From assembly GCA_000165345.1 (NCBI GenBank), contig CM000434.1:544001-608000 (forward strand): DNA of 64,000 nt. Reading direction: 5' to 3'. Below are positions 20,162 to 31,289 of the stretch, one piece after another. The position numbers and the translations under genes were made by a program. Numbering within the stretch: position 1 is the stretch's first letter; every line of letters starts with the position of its first letter. The notes under the pieces were generated by a model. That model did no database searches. It was not told the origin of the DNA and was given only the letters and a program-made list of their open reading frames with translations.

Positions 20162-20169
20162 TCCCGCGT
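20162..20169. promoter_or_regulatory. E2F-like box TTCCCGCG about 40 nt upstream of the capping-enzyme ATG
   Basis: GC octamer in the 51-nt spacer between the Vps33-like stop and the capping-enzyme start. Confidence 0.35.
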
Positions 20170-20206
20170 TAACCTAGAATATGAATAAAACTCAAACTTT
20201 TCTGCA

Positions 20207-21605
20207 ATGGATATCGCATTAAATATTGAAATTCCTGGAGTTGTTTTGAATGATGGTAAGTTAAAGCATTGCTTTAATATTGAATATCTTTTTAATTGCT
20301 AATATAGATTCTAAACGAAACGAAATTTTAAAAAAAGTTAGATCTTTTTGTGGTTGGCGTCAGGATACATTCCCTGGCTCACAGCCTGTGTCCTTAAACA
20401 GACAGAAGCTCGAGTCTTGTATTGGGAAAAATCTTTATGTGGCCTGCGAAAAGACTGATGGAATTCGGCTTCTTCTCTATGCAGCTAGTAGACGCGTTTT
20501 TCTAATAGACAGAAACCAAAAGATTAATATGGTAAAGATGACCCTTCCAAGTTCATTTTGGGATACTGTTTATGAAGTAAAGAGCTCAAATAAAAATATC
20601 GAGAATTTAGAAACTCAAAAAATCTTTTCAGGAAGAAATTCTGAATTATTAAACCTAGATCCAACAAGAGATGAGCATGCTCAATACTTTCAACAGAATA
20701 CTCTATTGGATGGAGAACTTGTAAAAGATACTATTGAGGTTGATGGGCAAAAGAGATATATTCTCAGATACTTAATTTATGATTGCATTTGCATTGAAAG
20801 AGACGATACTGTTAAATCCCTACCTTTGTTAGAACGGCTCAAGCTTGCATATCTAAAGGTTGTCATTCCAAAATGCAAATATGACCAAAATAGGTCTACA
20901 ATATCAATAGATCCAACTCCATTTGAGTTATATCTTAAGGACTTCTTTGAAGTCGACGAGGTTCCAGCAATATTGAACTTTTCAAGGCGTTTGCCACATC
21001 CCAGTGATGGAATCATCTTCACCCCAGTCCACCTACCATATGTTCCTGGAACGTGCCCTCAGCTACTTAAATGGAAACCCCCTCACTTGAATACAGCAGA
21101 TTTTGCAGCAATATTTTATGCAGAATCAGAATCATATGACTCTCGTGTATTTCTCGAGCTTTTGGTTGGGATCCGTGGTGTTAGAGCAAGTGTGAATTGC
21201 TTCTGTGTACCAAAAGGAAGTGTATACAATCAATTAGTAGATCAATTCAAATTATATAGAACCTCTGGTCAAATATTGGAGTGCTACTACGATGAGAATG
21301 CCATTTATTCTAAACCTACTAAGTCCGAAGATGGGAACATCTTATGGAATAAGCCATTTACCACAGTTCAAGGTGGGTGGATAGTTGAAAGAATTAGATC
21401 CGACAAGAACTCCCCGAATGATATTAATACAGTAAACCGTGTATTTGAATCTATTAGAGATGGGATCAACAGTGAGGTATTAATAAATACTATAAAACTA
21501 TACCAGAAAAGTGGGAAAAAGTCTGTTGTTGAGTACTGCAATGTCCCTGAGTTTGTTACAAATTGTAGAAAAGGTCAAATCGAAGACAAAAGAAGTGAAA
21601 TATAG
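20207..21605 (+). CDS. CEG1: mRNA capping enzyme guanylyltransferase. Two exons: join(20207..20255, 20308..21605). The track ORF start at 20280 is a TTG artefact.
   Basis: Exon 1 encodes MDIALNIEIPGVVLND; the EIPG motif is typical of capping-enzyme N-termini. The 52-nt intron runs GTAAGT...ATATAG. Exon 2 carries FPGSQPVSL and the KxDG active site VACEKTDGIRLLLY. Confidence 0.8.
20256..20307 (+). other. Spliceosomal intron (52 nt, GTAAGT..TAG), phase 1, in the capping-enzyme gene
   Basis: Splicing restores the frame between the ATG-containing micro-exon and the main ORF. Confidence 0.7.
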
Positions 21606-21631
21606 CTAATAATATTTGTACTTTATTATAT

Positions 21632-24186
21632 CTAATGTCTTTTTCCTCTCTTTCCTCCGCCTCTAAAACTATTTTTCGCTACATCTGATCTATAAGCAAG
21701 TTTAGGTAAGCTAATTACTTCGATTAAACTCAAAATTTCCTCATCGCAATTTGGGCATCCAACGAAATGTTCTTGTGATGTTTTTTCTTTACAAATCTTA
21801 AGTTTTCTAGATCCACACTTTTCGCAACGCTCGCCTAGAGAAAGCCTTTCACAAATATTTTTTTTTATGGAGAAGGATATTGAGCACCTTGAGCAATCAA
21901 ACCTCCAATCAGAAGTTGAGCTCGAATCCATTGTGATAATCCCATCTCTACAATCCTGACTTGGGCAAGCCATAAAGAATGTTGATTTTAAAGAGAAGTT
22001 ACATGTCTGGTGAGGGCAAAACTTGCAAAGCATATTTTCTTTAGCATCCAAGAAAGGGGGATCATTGTAACATCTTGGACAAAAGATACTTTTTTTCCCT
22101 TTTTGGTCAATGAATAACAATAACTCAAAGTCATCGATTGGGCATTTAAGTTCTTTGTAGATTTTAATTGTGCCTCTTTGAGGGATATCTAAATAAATCT
22201 CACAGAAAGAACAGTACAGTCTCTGAGGAAGAATATTAGAAATATATGTCAAATATCTTTTGCATTGTCCGCATCTGCTAATCCTACTACAAGAAGCAGT
22301 GATATTTGTAAAGCCAAGCCGGAATAACGACTCGAAAAGACTAATATTCTCCGCAAAATAAAGAAACTTGAGTTTGAAAACTGATAGAGAATGTTTAAGT
22401 ACTGCTTTGTGATTATATTTACCCTTAGCAATGAGATCGACATATTTCTCCATCTCGCTTCTAATCTTGGGTAGAACAAGCTCATGATCTATATTCATTA
22501 TTCCATGAACAAGAGCAATACCTAATTTTGTGGGTTCCAACCTTCTTCCTGAAGCTAATTTGACATACTCGCGCTCTTGAATTTTTTGAATATGCGTTGG
22601 CATTGAAGCATCGGTGCCAATTCCATGTTTTTCCATTAAAGAAAGAAGATCGCTTTCGCTTAGAATTGGTGGAGGTTTTGTCTCTTTAGAAAGAATCTCA
22701 ATATTCTTTATTGGTACTACTTCATTTAGAGTAAAATCTGGAATTATATTTGACTCATGACACGCAGCTCTACCCTGGATTACCGAAAATCCGTGGTCTA
22801 TTACTTGATTCCCACTAATTATAAAGATTTCACCATTAAGATCAAATTTAATGGTCCTGTTAATCATTTTTATATCATTTGATATTGTAGCAAAAAAATG
22901 ACGAGTAATTAAATCGTAAAGTCTCCAAGAATCTCCATCCAAATCATTCTGAGTTGCAGACCTAACGGGTGTAATAGGAGGGTGGTCTCCTAAATCCAAG
23001 CCATCCTTTCTTGGTAAGTTGAAGCCTTTCTGGAGCAAATCTGAAGAATAGCTTCCCCATACTGAATTATTCTTAAACATCTGAATTTATTATAAGAAAA
23101 TTAATTGCTATGCACATAATAACTTACCGCTATTGTAGATTTAATATCGAAATTCTTTGGATATCTCGACGTTTCTGTTCTAGGATATGTAGTAAAACCA
23201 GAAAGATAAAGCTTTTCTGCAATGTTTAGTGTTTGAAATGGCCCTATTCCAAGTATTGTTGATGACAGTTTGAGCATACTAACAGTATTTAAAGGTAGTG
23301 GTCTAATTCTTCTGGAGTTCTTGCTTGTGATATCAACAACCCTTGCTGATAATGGCTTCTTATTTTGAATTAATTGAAGAAAGCAATTTGCGACCTGAAG
23401 TTCAAATACCCTTGAACGACTCCAAATAAGATTTATATCTTGAGAATCTTTAGATAAAGTAGCAGAAATCGTATAATATTTTTCTGGTATAAAGCTATTT
23501 ATAGAGTCCCTTCTTTGGACAGTAAAAAAAAGGGTCGGAGTTTGGCAAGGGCCATAGGAAATTATTGAGCTTTTATTAAAATCTCCAAACTTGCTCTTTA
23601 AATACTTTGTTTGCAATCTTGAAAAAGCAACTCCTATTTTTAGGTCTAACTCTTGTCTTACATCTACGGCATCCGATTCATTTTTATTTGGGAATGTCAG
23701 ATTTTTCATTGCAAAAAAAATATCGCCAGGAGAAATTGAAGAAAACTTTGCTCTGAAAATCCAATCCCTCTGATCTCTTCCTTTGCTCATGTTATTTGAT
23801 ACAACATTAATTACTTCGAAACATATATTTTCCCCTTCTCTATCGCAGTCGAGCCAAAGTACTAAATAACTACAGCCTTTAGATTCTTTTTCTAAATGCG
23901 AAACCATTTTGGATGAAGATTCATTTTTTATTATTGGTGCATCAAAAAGAGAAACTGGGTCTGTTTTTTCCCAGTTAGAATAACTTTGAGGAAAGTCTAT
24001 TTCAAAAACATGGCCTGCAACTGAAGTTACTCTAAATTGAACATTCATTCCCATAAAAGTTCCATTAAACTCGTGTACAGGAGTTTTTCCACGTCGTGTA
24101 TCTAACTTTCCGTTTGAAAGTATCCTTGAAATAGTATCCGAAATTGATGGCTTTTCGGCCACCATTAACACTTTAATTGGTGACAT
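21632..24186 (-). CDS. TOP3: DNA topoisomerase III. Two exons: join(complement 24186..23128, 23080..21632), about 835 aa. The track shows it as two separate ORFs.
   Basis: N-terminal Toprim VLMVAEKPS..., then LSGFTTYPRTETSRYP. Exon 2 continues with LMEKHGIGTDASMPTHI and a C-terminal Cys-rich zinc-ribbon region. The 47-nt intron GTAAGT...TTCAG joins the ORFs in frame (...STIA|MFKNN...). Confidence 0.85.
23081..23127 (-). other. Spliceosomal intron (47 nt) in TOP3
   Basis: On the minus strand GTAAGT lies just after codon GCG (Ala). The acceptor TTCAG directly precedes ATGTTT. Phase 0. Confidence 0.75.
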
Positions 24187-24293
24187 TATTAATCAACTTC
24201 ATTAATTCTCCACTGACAAAATTTTTTCTGATCAATTTAATGTGTAGACGAGACATTTTGTTCAATGTAATATTTACATAAATGTATGCAACA

Positions 24294-24633
24294 CTATTTT
24301 TTATGTTGGTATAAGCTATCTATCTTAGAGCTTCCTAGATTTATTATTTTAGGGCATCCATCTCTATCTTTTTCACAAATTGTACATTCTCTACAATAAT
24401 ATGCATCCGAAACACCCTCGGAACCACAAATTATACATCTCCCCTGAATTAAATATTGATGAAAACTATTCATGATGCAGAAAAAAGATACTTACCTTCT
24501 GAGATCCATAGTTGCACTCGTTACATATTCTTACAACAGTTTCAGGATGCACTAGTGAGTCACATATTGGGCATCTGCCTTCGCATCTAACGCATAAACG
24601 CCCAATTGCGACTCCAGGCTGCTTCCTACACAT
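24294..24633 (-). CDS. PHF5A: PHF5A/Rds3/SF3b14b splicing factor. Two exons: join(complement 24633..24496, 24443..24294), 95 aa. Absent from the ORF track.
   Basis: Translation [46 protein letters not shown]|[40 protein letters not shown] matches the highly conserved PHF5A Cys skeleton. Intron GTAAGT...TTCAG, 52 nt. Confidence 0.85.
24444..24495 (-). other. Spliceosomal intron (52 nt) in PHF5A
   Basis: GTAAGTATC...TTAATTCAG on the minus strand, phase 0. Confidence 0.8.
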
Positions 24634-24769
24634 TAATAGACCAGGCTCTTAATTCCAATAGAAAGTTATCGCTTTAAACATGATGTATAGTTGAAAAACT
24701 TACGGTGTCGTAACATAGATTTAAATAAATAATATTAAAAGCGGTATCTGTATTATAAATTATCAATAA

Positions 24770-25120
<351 letters not shown>

Positions 25121-25148
25121 ATTGTTACATTATTAATACAATCTGAAA

Positions 25149-25958
25149 TTAGCTAACGGGGAGATGATAAATTGAGAGATCGCTAAAAGAACTACAGAAT
25201 ATGGTTTTGTAATCATTCACTGGAAAATTAATTGTACTAAAATTCATCTTTGAAAGAGAGGTTGATAAAACTTTGCAATATTCACACCTTTTGTTAAAAT
25301 TCTCGTTAGAATCAATTTGAAAGGTTTCTAAATTATTTCCCCATACAATCATTCGAGCTGAATCTGAATATAGTGTTTTCCCTTCACCGCTATTAAAGTA
25401 ATTTATTATCATCCCAAAAACGCAGCGATCGCAATGTGGCATAAAGAATAATATATTAATTTGACTGTCCCTACCATACAATTTATTTTTTAATTGGTGG
25501 TTAACTGTATTTAAAGGTATACTTAAATCATGTGATGTGAAAACCTCAATATGAGTTTTAAATTCCATAAATAATTCAAAAATGAGTTCTCTATCAGCTT
25601 GAGTGAATTCAGGATCGCAAAAGTAAATTCCTTCTAAATTTATTCGTTCATTTAAAGCAATAACTGCTGCAAGCTGGAAAAATGAGGAAAGATTAGAATT
25701 GATTGTAGACTCTAAACTTCCTAGGCCAATAACAAAAAAGACATTATTGTAACAAATACACCTACCTCTCAAAATGCATCTGGAGCTCGAACATTTCCTT
25801 CCTTTTATCCAATTTTCAAAGATTTCAGTCTCTAGATGTTCAACTATAGTACCCCAAAATTCGCTTTTCAATAGCTTTCTTTTACATTCCAAAACTTTTG
25901 CCTTAAGACTTCGTATATTGACATTTGTATTTATATTTTTGTCAATACTGCTTTTCAT
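25149..25958 (-). CDS. SRR1-domain-like protein (269 aa)
   Basis: Core VFFVIGLGSLESTINSNLSSFFQLAAVIALNERI...IYFCDPEFT resembles the SRR1 family motif (GlG.....QLa..l.l ... yDP.f). Confidence 0.4.
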   Translation of the reverse strand: MKSSIDKNINTNVNIRSLKAKVLECKRKLLKSEFWGTIVEHLETEIFENWIKGRKCSSSRCILRGRCICYNNVFFVIGLGSLESTINSNLSSFFQLAAVIALNERINLEGIYFCDPEFTQADRELIFELFMEFKTHIEVFTSHDLSIPLNTVNHQLKNKLYGRDSQINILFFMPHCDRCVFGMIINYFNSGEGKTLYSDSARMIVWGNNLETFQIDSNENFNKRCEYCKVLSTSLSKMNFSTINFPVNDYKTIFCSSFSDLSIYHLPVS

Positions 25959-26089
25959 AAAATTAAATATTAGTTACAAAGTTATATAGATCTAATATAG
26001 AAAGAAAATTTCAAGTTACGTTACTGACTTTTATGTCCCGCCAAGATTTATCTTAAAACAATACAAAATTTAGTAATTAATTGACTAAT

Positions 26090-26361
26090 ATGACGCAAGG
26101 AACAAACACCAAGAAAAGGATAGTTCAGCAAAAGTTAAAAGAGAGGAATAACAAACCAGCTCCCTCTAAAAAGCCAAAGAATTTCAAAAAACAAAACATT
26201 CTTAGAAAGGTAAGTTATTGCCGATTTTTTTTTTTAACTAAAGTTTATTAAATTCCTAGAACAAGAAGGTAGTTGGCGTTAAGCAAATAGAAAATTTGCT
26301 ATCTGGAGCAGCAGTTTCAGCCCACGAACACATGAAATACCTTACAAACAAACTAAAATGA
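26090..26361 (+). CDS. Small basic protein (73 aa), possibly L10K/C19orf53 (UPF0390)-like. Two exons: join(26090..26209, 26260..26361). Not in the ORF track.
   Basis: ATG ORF MTQGTNTKKRIVQQKLKERNNK... is interrupted by GTAAGT...CCTAG (50 nt). The spliced product continues NKKVVGVKQIENLLSGAAVSAHEHMKYLTNKLK. Confidence 0.45.
26210..26259 (+). other. Spliceosomal intron (50 nt)
   Basis: GTAAGTTATTGCC...AATTCCTAG, phase 0. Confidence 0.45.
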
Positions 26362-26641
26362 AGTAATCAAAGCTAACTTAGACCAATTTATAAATTTGAA
26401 TAAGGAAAAATTCGAGTAGATAGTGATAGATTAATTAGAGAGAAAAAAATAATAGCTATATTTTGCCTATTAATACGCTATATTAGTGTTTACTTGTCTA
26501 AGATGCATTCAGGTTTTTTTAACGAAAAGGCTAGACGAGTACCAATTTCAAAGGATTGTGTTACAATTGTAACAGTCATTTCACACCAATCGTGAAAAAT
26601 CCCCAGATTTGCTAAACAAAATATATTAGGCTTAAGGCAAA

Positions 26642-27130
26642 TTACTCTTCAACATCTTCGAAATTTTCAACCAAGTCTGGGATGTCGTCATCCTCACCGG
26701 ATGCCATCTTCAGTTTGTTTGCCTGTGACTCCTCTAAAAGCTTCTGGAATTTGGGATCGTTCAAAAACGCGCTCAAATCCATTGGATTTATTTGCTGAGG
26801 TAAGTCTTTGATGAGTTTCTCCTGTGGGTTACCTGTAAGGATGTATGTATTTGTAGCAACAGATGCCTGCAATTTGGGGTTCGAAAAGTGAAGACAAGTA
26901 CCATCCTTCTTCATCATTGTTACTTCACCAATAGCAGGGAAAGTTTGGCATCTAAAACGAGAAGTTACAGCCTGGAGTTTTTTTACGTCTACACCAGTTG
27001 GCTTTTGTGCTCTCTTCTTTCTTCTTGCAGTGCCTTTACCACCAACTTGAGTAGTTCCCACACCAAACCTATCTCTAAGTTTTTGACGAGCCTGCTCTAT
27101 TGTGTCATCAACCTTTATATCGGGTTTCAT
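26642..27130 (-). CDS. BTF3: Nascent-polypeptide-associated complex beta subunit (BTF3/EGD1)
   Basis: VGGKGTARRKK...KKLQAV...IGEVTMMKKDGTCLHFSNPKLQASVATNTYILTG...DDDIPDLVENFEDVEE. The start is placed at MKPDIKV because an E2F-like box lies inside the longer track ORF (26642-27202). Confidence 0.8.
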   Translation of the reverse strand: MKPDIKVDDTIEQARQKLRDRFGVGTTQVGGKGTARRKKRAQKPTGVDVKKLQAVTSRFRCQTFPAIGEVTMMKKDGTCLHFSNPKLQASVATNTYILTGNPQEKLIKDLPQQINPMDLSAFLNDPKFQKLLEESQANKLKMASGEDDDIPDLVENFEDVEE

Positions 27131-27170
27131 TTTATATAAATATTTGTCTGTCCTAATAAACTCCAACGAT

Positions 27171-27193
27171 CGCCAAAATTTCTTACGCGCGAC
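27171..27193. promoter_or_regulatory. E2F-like box (reads ATTTTGGCG / TCGCGCG on the minus strand) 40-60 nt upstream of the NAC-beta start
   Basis: GC-rich motif cgccaaaat...acgcgcga in the AT-rich leader. Confidence 0.3.
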
Positions 27194-27411
27194 AACTTCC
27201 ATGACTCATTCATCAATTTATTAAGTTCTTGTCTCGTACTTTTTTGAGAAATACGTCTTTTAGAGCGTCTCTAGCTACTGCCCCGCAATGGAATATAAGC
27301 GCTATCAGTTTAGAATCGTATATAAATTTTATGAATTATTGCTTCTGCTTACGACAATTTTGCTTTTCTTGATTATAATTATTAAATTCGTGTACAAATT
27401 GATTTTTGTTA

Positions 27412-28203
27412 CTAACCTACAAAAATTGATCCTAACCTTTTCCTTACCCCATCTTTATGCCTCAATTTCTGTGCTTTTTGAACAATTTTTATACTTTTGC
27501 TTACAAAATCATCTTTTTCATACTTTCTCCAGATCTTATTCTTCACCACCAAACAAATTGTTATAATAGATGCCAATTGGTGAGCTATAAGAACTAGTGC
27601 AATAGCAAGAGTTACGACTATCCATGACTCAACCGTGTTATATGTTATTCCAGGGTAAATCATTGTTTCTAGCTTATTCACAACAAAATAATTTAGGGTT
27701 AAATATGAAAGAACAACCATGAACAGATTCTTGGATGAAAGAGACGAAAAGTTTGAAGTACGAATGAGGTAGTCAATGCAAATGAATATGAGTCCCATCC
27801 CATGCATTTGCACCTCCCAAGTAATTGACCTCCATTTTTCTTTTGGATAAACTATTATCCAGAAAAATGGAACAATTACGCTCTGTAATGAAATGCTCAA
27901 TTCTCTTACAAATGTACAGGAATGTATTAGCCTTGTAGAGACATTTACTTTCACTAAACGTTCATAATCTACCAATGTTGCTATAAAATAAAATATTAAA
28001 GTTGAAGTGCATCCCCAATTTGTTAAATAATAAAAAAAACTGAAGTAGTTTGGTCCACAATCCAAAAACATCATCATCCATAATACTGAAAAATATGTAA
28101 CAGATAGCGCATCATAGACTAATCTAAGCTTCGCATTTGAAGTAACCTTTTTCTCGCCTTCAACTATTCTCACTTTATTTTTAACAGTTTTCTTTTCTTC
28201 CAT
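27412..28203 (-). CDS. Hypothetical 6-TM membrane protein (263 aa)
   Basis: ORF with multiple hydrophobic helices and a Lys-rich N-terminus. No family assigned. Confidence 0.4.
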   Translation of the reverse strand: MEEKKTVKNKVRIVEGEKKVTSNAKLRLVYDALSVTYFSVLWMMMFLDCGPNYFSFFYYLTNWGCTSTLIFYFIATLVDYERLVKVNVSTRLIHSCTFVRELSISLQSVIVPFFWIIVYPKEKWRSITWEVQMHGMGLIFICIDYLIRTSNFSSLSSKNLFMVVLSYLTLNYFVVNKLETMIYPGITYNTVESWIVVTLAIALVLIAHQLASIITICLVVKNKIWRKYEKDDFVSKSIKIVQKAQKLRHKDGVRKRLGSIFVG

Positions 28204-28583
28204 TTTTGTGTTTTTTTTAATTAAAAAATGTTGACAAATCGTTATTTATACCCTGCATGGCGCATTATGGGATACTAGATTCCATGTAATTTACGTCATT
28301 ATTAATATAAACCCACGAAAATACACGCGCCATTTGGAGCGGCAAGCTAAATTTCAGTTTAATTTGTCGAGAATCTTCAGGAAAAATGTAAATTCCTAAC
28401 AGAACGAAGATTAATCTACTATTTGAACAAAGCACTGTACAATTTACCCTTATTAAGTCAGATTTGCTTATTGAATTTTTTTCCTTTGTTAATTGAATCT
28501 AAGCAGCTAAGGCAAAAAGATATTAAATAGATTAAAGGATGTAGATGTAGAGTTTTTTCTACGTAAATCGCTCAGTTGATCAT

Positions 28584-31289
28584 TCACTTTGATTTATTAG
28601 GTGAATACCCAGATAATTTTTTGCATGCTTCTGGCGCAGGTCTCTCGCACTGTTCAAGCTCCCAAATTGCGGTAGCATATTCTTCGATTGTTCTATCAGT
28701 CGAGAATTTTCCCATAGATGAGGCAGCCTTGATGCAAGTCTTAACCCATGTAGTTTGGTCTCTGTATGCTTGATCAACTCTCATTTGCGCGTCACAGTAA
28801 AGTGGGAAATCATGGCATACCAAGTAGAAGTCGCCAATTTGGCCTTCACCGTTAGAACAGATTTTATTCACAATTTCACAGAATTCTCCTTGAGCCTTTC
28901 CGTCACCAAGCATGATCCCTCCTGTTCTAATAAAGTTGAATACATCATGTAGCCTCTGATCAATTGGGTAGTTTCCTTCTCTAGCTCTATTTCTAATGTG
29001 TTCAACTTCTTGTTCTAAAGCACCAAAAATGAACATTGTTTCGTTTCCGCACTCTTCACGAATTTCAACGTTGGCACCATCAAGAGTACCAATGATCAAT
29101 CCGCCGTTCATTACAAACTTCATATTACTTGTCCCAGAAGCTTCAGTACCAGCTGTTGAAATATGTTGTGAGATATCAGATGCCGGAATAATAATTTGGG
29201 CATTACTGACATTGTAGTTTGGCAAGAAGACACACATTAAGTAATCTTTTGTATCTGGGTCATTGTTGATTATTACTGATAGGTTATTCATCATTTTTAT
29301 TGCAGTTTTAGCCGTAGCATACCCAGGCGCAGCCTTTCCTCCAAAGAAACAGCATCTTGGTACGAATTTCTTTCTTTCTTCAGGTGAGATATGCTTTAAT
29401 GTAAGATATCTGTGAATAATGTAGAACAAGTTAAGTAGTTGTCGTTTATATTCATGGATTCTCTTGACTTGTATATCAAAAAGCATACTTGTGCTTACTT
29501 TGTATCCTGTATTGATTTCAACCCACTTAGCAAGTCTCTCCTTATTACTCAGTTTTACCTCTGCCCATTCTTTCTGAAGAGATAAATCATCAATATTGTT
29601 TTGTAAACTTCTAATCATATCGAAGTTAGTTAGCCAGCTATCGGATCCTAACCAGTTGGAAATTAAATGAGAAAGTTTTGGATTTGCGCAGTTTACCCAT
29701 CTTCTTGGAGTAACACCATTTGTAACATTGATAAACTTGTCATTGATTCCCTTGCGTCTGTAATATTCGACAAAATCTGAAAACAAATCCTTTTTAACTA
29801 TTTCACTATGAATAACTGCAACGCCATTGACTTTCCTGCATCCAATAACTGCTAAGTTTGCCATCCTTATTTTCTTGTCCCACCCCTCTTCATAAATAGA
29901 CATTTTTGAAATCCATGGCCCATCTCCCAAGACAGCTCTTACATCGTTCAAAAATCTATAATTGATTTCGTTGATTATCATCAAATGTCTGGGGAGTAGT
30001 TTGCTAAACAGGCTTGAGCTCCACTTTTCTAAGGCCTCTGGTAAAACAGTATGATTTGTATAATTAAAGCACTCACTAGTAATATTCCAGGCAAAATCCC
30101 AATCTAGCTCTTCAACATCTATCAAAATACGCATCATTTCTGCTACAGCGATAGTCGGATGAGTGTCATTGAGTTGGCATGAGACTTTTTTAGGTAGTTC
30201 GCTCCAATCTACCTTTCCTGATTTCTTGAATCTTCTCAAAATATCTTGAATCGTTGCGCATACAAAGAAGTATTGTTGTTTGAGTCTAAGCTCTTTTCCT
30301 TGTTCAGTGTTATCATTTGGGTATAATACCGAAGTAATGTACTCTGCTCTTTGTCTGGCGCAAACGGCATCAACATACTTACCTTCATTGAAAGCATTGA
30401 AGTCGAACTCTCTTGAAGGAGTTGCCTTCCAAAGACGTAAGTTAATACAATTGTAGGTATCAAAGCCTGGAATTGGATTATCATATGCAACTGCCTGAAT
30501 TACTTCGCCATCAACCCATCTGAACTTCTTTTTCCCATGCTCTTCAAATTCACGTACGTGACCATAAAATCGAACGCCATATGTTACATCCTGACGTTCA
30601 ATTTCCCATGGATTAGACTGCACAAGCCAGTAATCTGGGTGTTCAAACTGTCGGCCTTGAACGATTTTTTGCTCAAAAATACCATAAGTATATCTAATGC
30701 CATATCCCCATCCGGCATAATTCTTTGTAGCAAGTGAATCCAAAAAACAAGCCGCAAGCCTTCCTAGTCCTCCATTTCCAAGGGCAGCATCATGTTCATT
30801 ATCATACAGTGCTTCAAGATTATACCCTAAGTCAAACAGAGATTTTCTGTAATTTTCTTCAATGTCCAAGTTAACGAGAGCGTTTTGCATGGCTCTTCCG
30901 AGCAAAAATTCTAGACTCAAGTAATAGCAACGTTTGCAATCTCTTTCATTAAAGTACTCATTTGTATCATTCAAGTTTTCGATTAGACGATCCCTTATAC
31001 TATAGGCAGTTGCTCTATAAGCAGCATTGTCATCGAAATTGAATCTAGTTCTTGCAAGTGTGTATTCAACATGATTAACTATTGATCTCTGAATGGACTC
31101 AATATCTGTCGGCAGGTAGCTTTCCATTAAGTACCATAACTTCTCTCTTCTTTTGTCTGCAGTTGGATCGAAATCGTCCAAGTACATTCCTGTCATACCT
31201 CTTGGAACAGCCCCTGTCAACTTTGAGAATGAGGCTTTTCTCCTCATCTCAAAGTTGTAGTTATCACGAGTAAATACACTATCTCCCAT
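28584..31289 (-). CDS. PYG: Alpha-glucan (glycogen/amylopectin) phosphorylase
   Basis: 901 aa. Conserved EKLWYLMESYLPTD. Pyridoxal-phosphate Lys in EASGTSNMKFVMNGGLIIGTLDGANVEI. Overall GT35 collinearity. Confidence 0.95.
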   Translation of the reverse strand: MGDSVFTRDNYNFEMRRKASFSKLTGAVPRGMTGMYLDDFDPTADKRREKLWYLMESYLPTDIESIQRSIVNHVEYTLARTRFNFDDNAAYRATAYSIRDRLIENLNDTNEYFNERDCKRCYYLSLEFLLGRAMQNALVNLDIEENYRKSLFDLGYNLEALYDNEHDAALGNGGLGRLAACFLDSLATKNYAGWGYGIRYTYGIFEQKIVQGRQFEHPDYWLVQSNPWEIERQDVTYGVRFYGHVREFEEHGKKKFRWVDGEVIQAVAYDNPIPGFDTYNCINLRLWKATPSREFDFNAFNEGKYVDAVCARQRAEYITSVLYPNDNTEQGKELRLKQQYFFVCATIQDILRRFKKSGKVDWSELPKKVSCQLNDTHPTIAVAEMMRILIDVEELDWDFAWNITSECFNYTNHTVLPEALEKWSSSLFSKLLPRHLMIINEINYRFLNDVRAVLGDGPWISKMSIYEEGWDKKIRMANLAVIGCRKVNGVAVIHSEIVKKDLFSDFVEYYRRKGINDKFINVTNGVTPRRWVNCANPKLSHLISNWLGSDSWLTNFDMIRSLQNNIDDLSLQKEWAEVKLSNKERLAKWVEINTGYKVSTSMLFDIQVKRIHEYKRQLLNLFYIIHRYLTLKHISPEERKKFVPRCCFFGGKAAPGYATAKTAIKMMNNLSVIINNDPDTKDYLMCVFLPNYNVSNAQIIIPASDISQHISTAGTEASGTSNMKFVMNGGLIIGTLDGANVEIREECGNETMFIFGALEQEVEHIRNRAREGNYPIDQRLHDVFNFIRTGGIMLGDGKAQGEFCEIVNKICSNGEGQIGDFYLVCHDFPLYCDAQMRVDQAYRDQTTWVKTCIKAASSMGKFSTDRTIEEYATAIWELEQCERPAPEACKKLSGYSPNKSK

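Noticed and set aside
20280-20307. ORF-track start of the capping enzyme at 20280; likewise 47442 and 48089 for the IPT fragments, 34563 for NOT2, 43673 for the small TM protein and 63943 for ERCC1
   Set aside because: These track starts are TTG/GTG/CTG codons rendered as M, not ATG. The real starts or continuations were found by splicing or by the first in-frame ATG.
27131-27202. N-terminal extension MEVVARKKFWRSLEFIRTDKYLYK of the NAC-beta ORF, and a putative 38-nt intron within it
   Set aside because: The segment contains an E2F-like promoter box, and BTF3 homologues start near MKPDIKV. The candidate intron is shorter than every confirmed intron here and breaks the frame.
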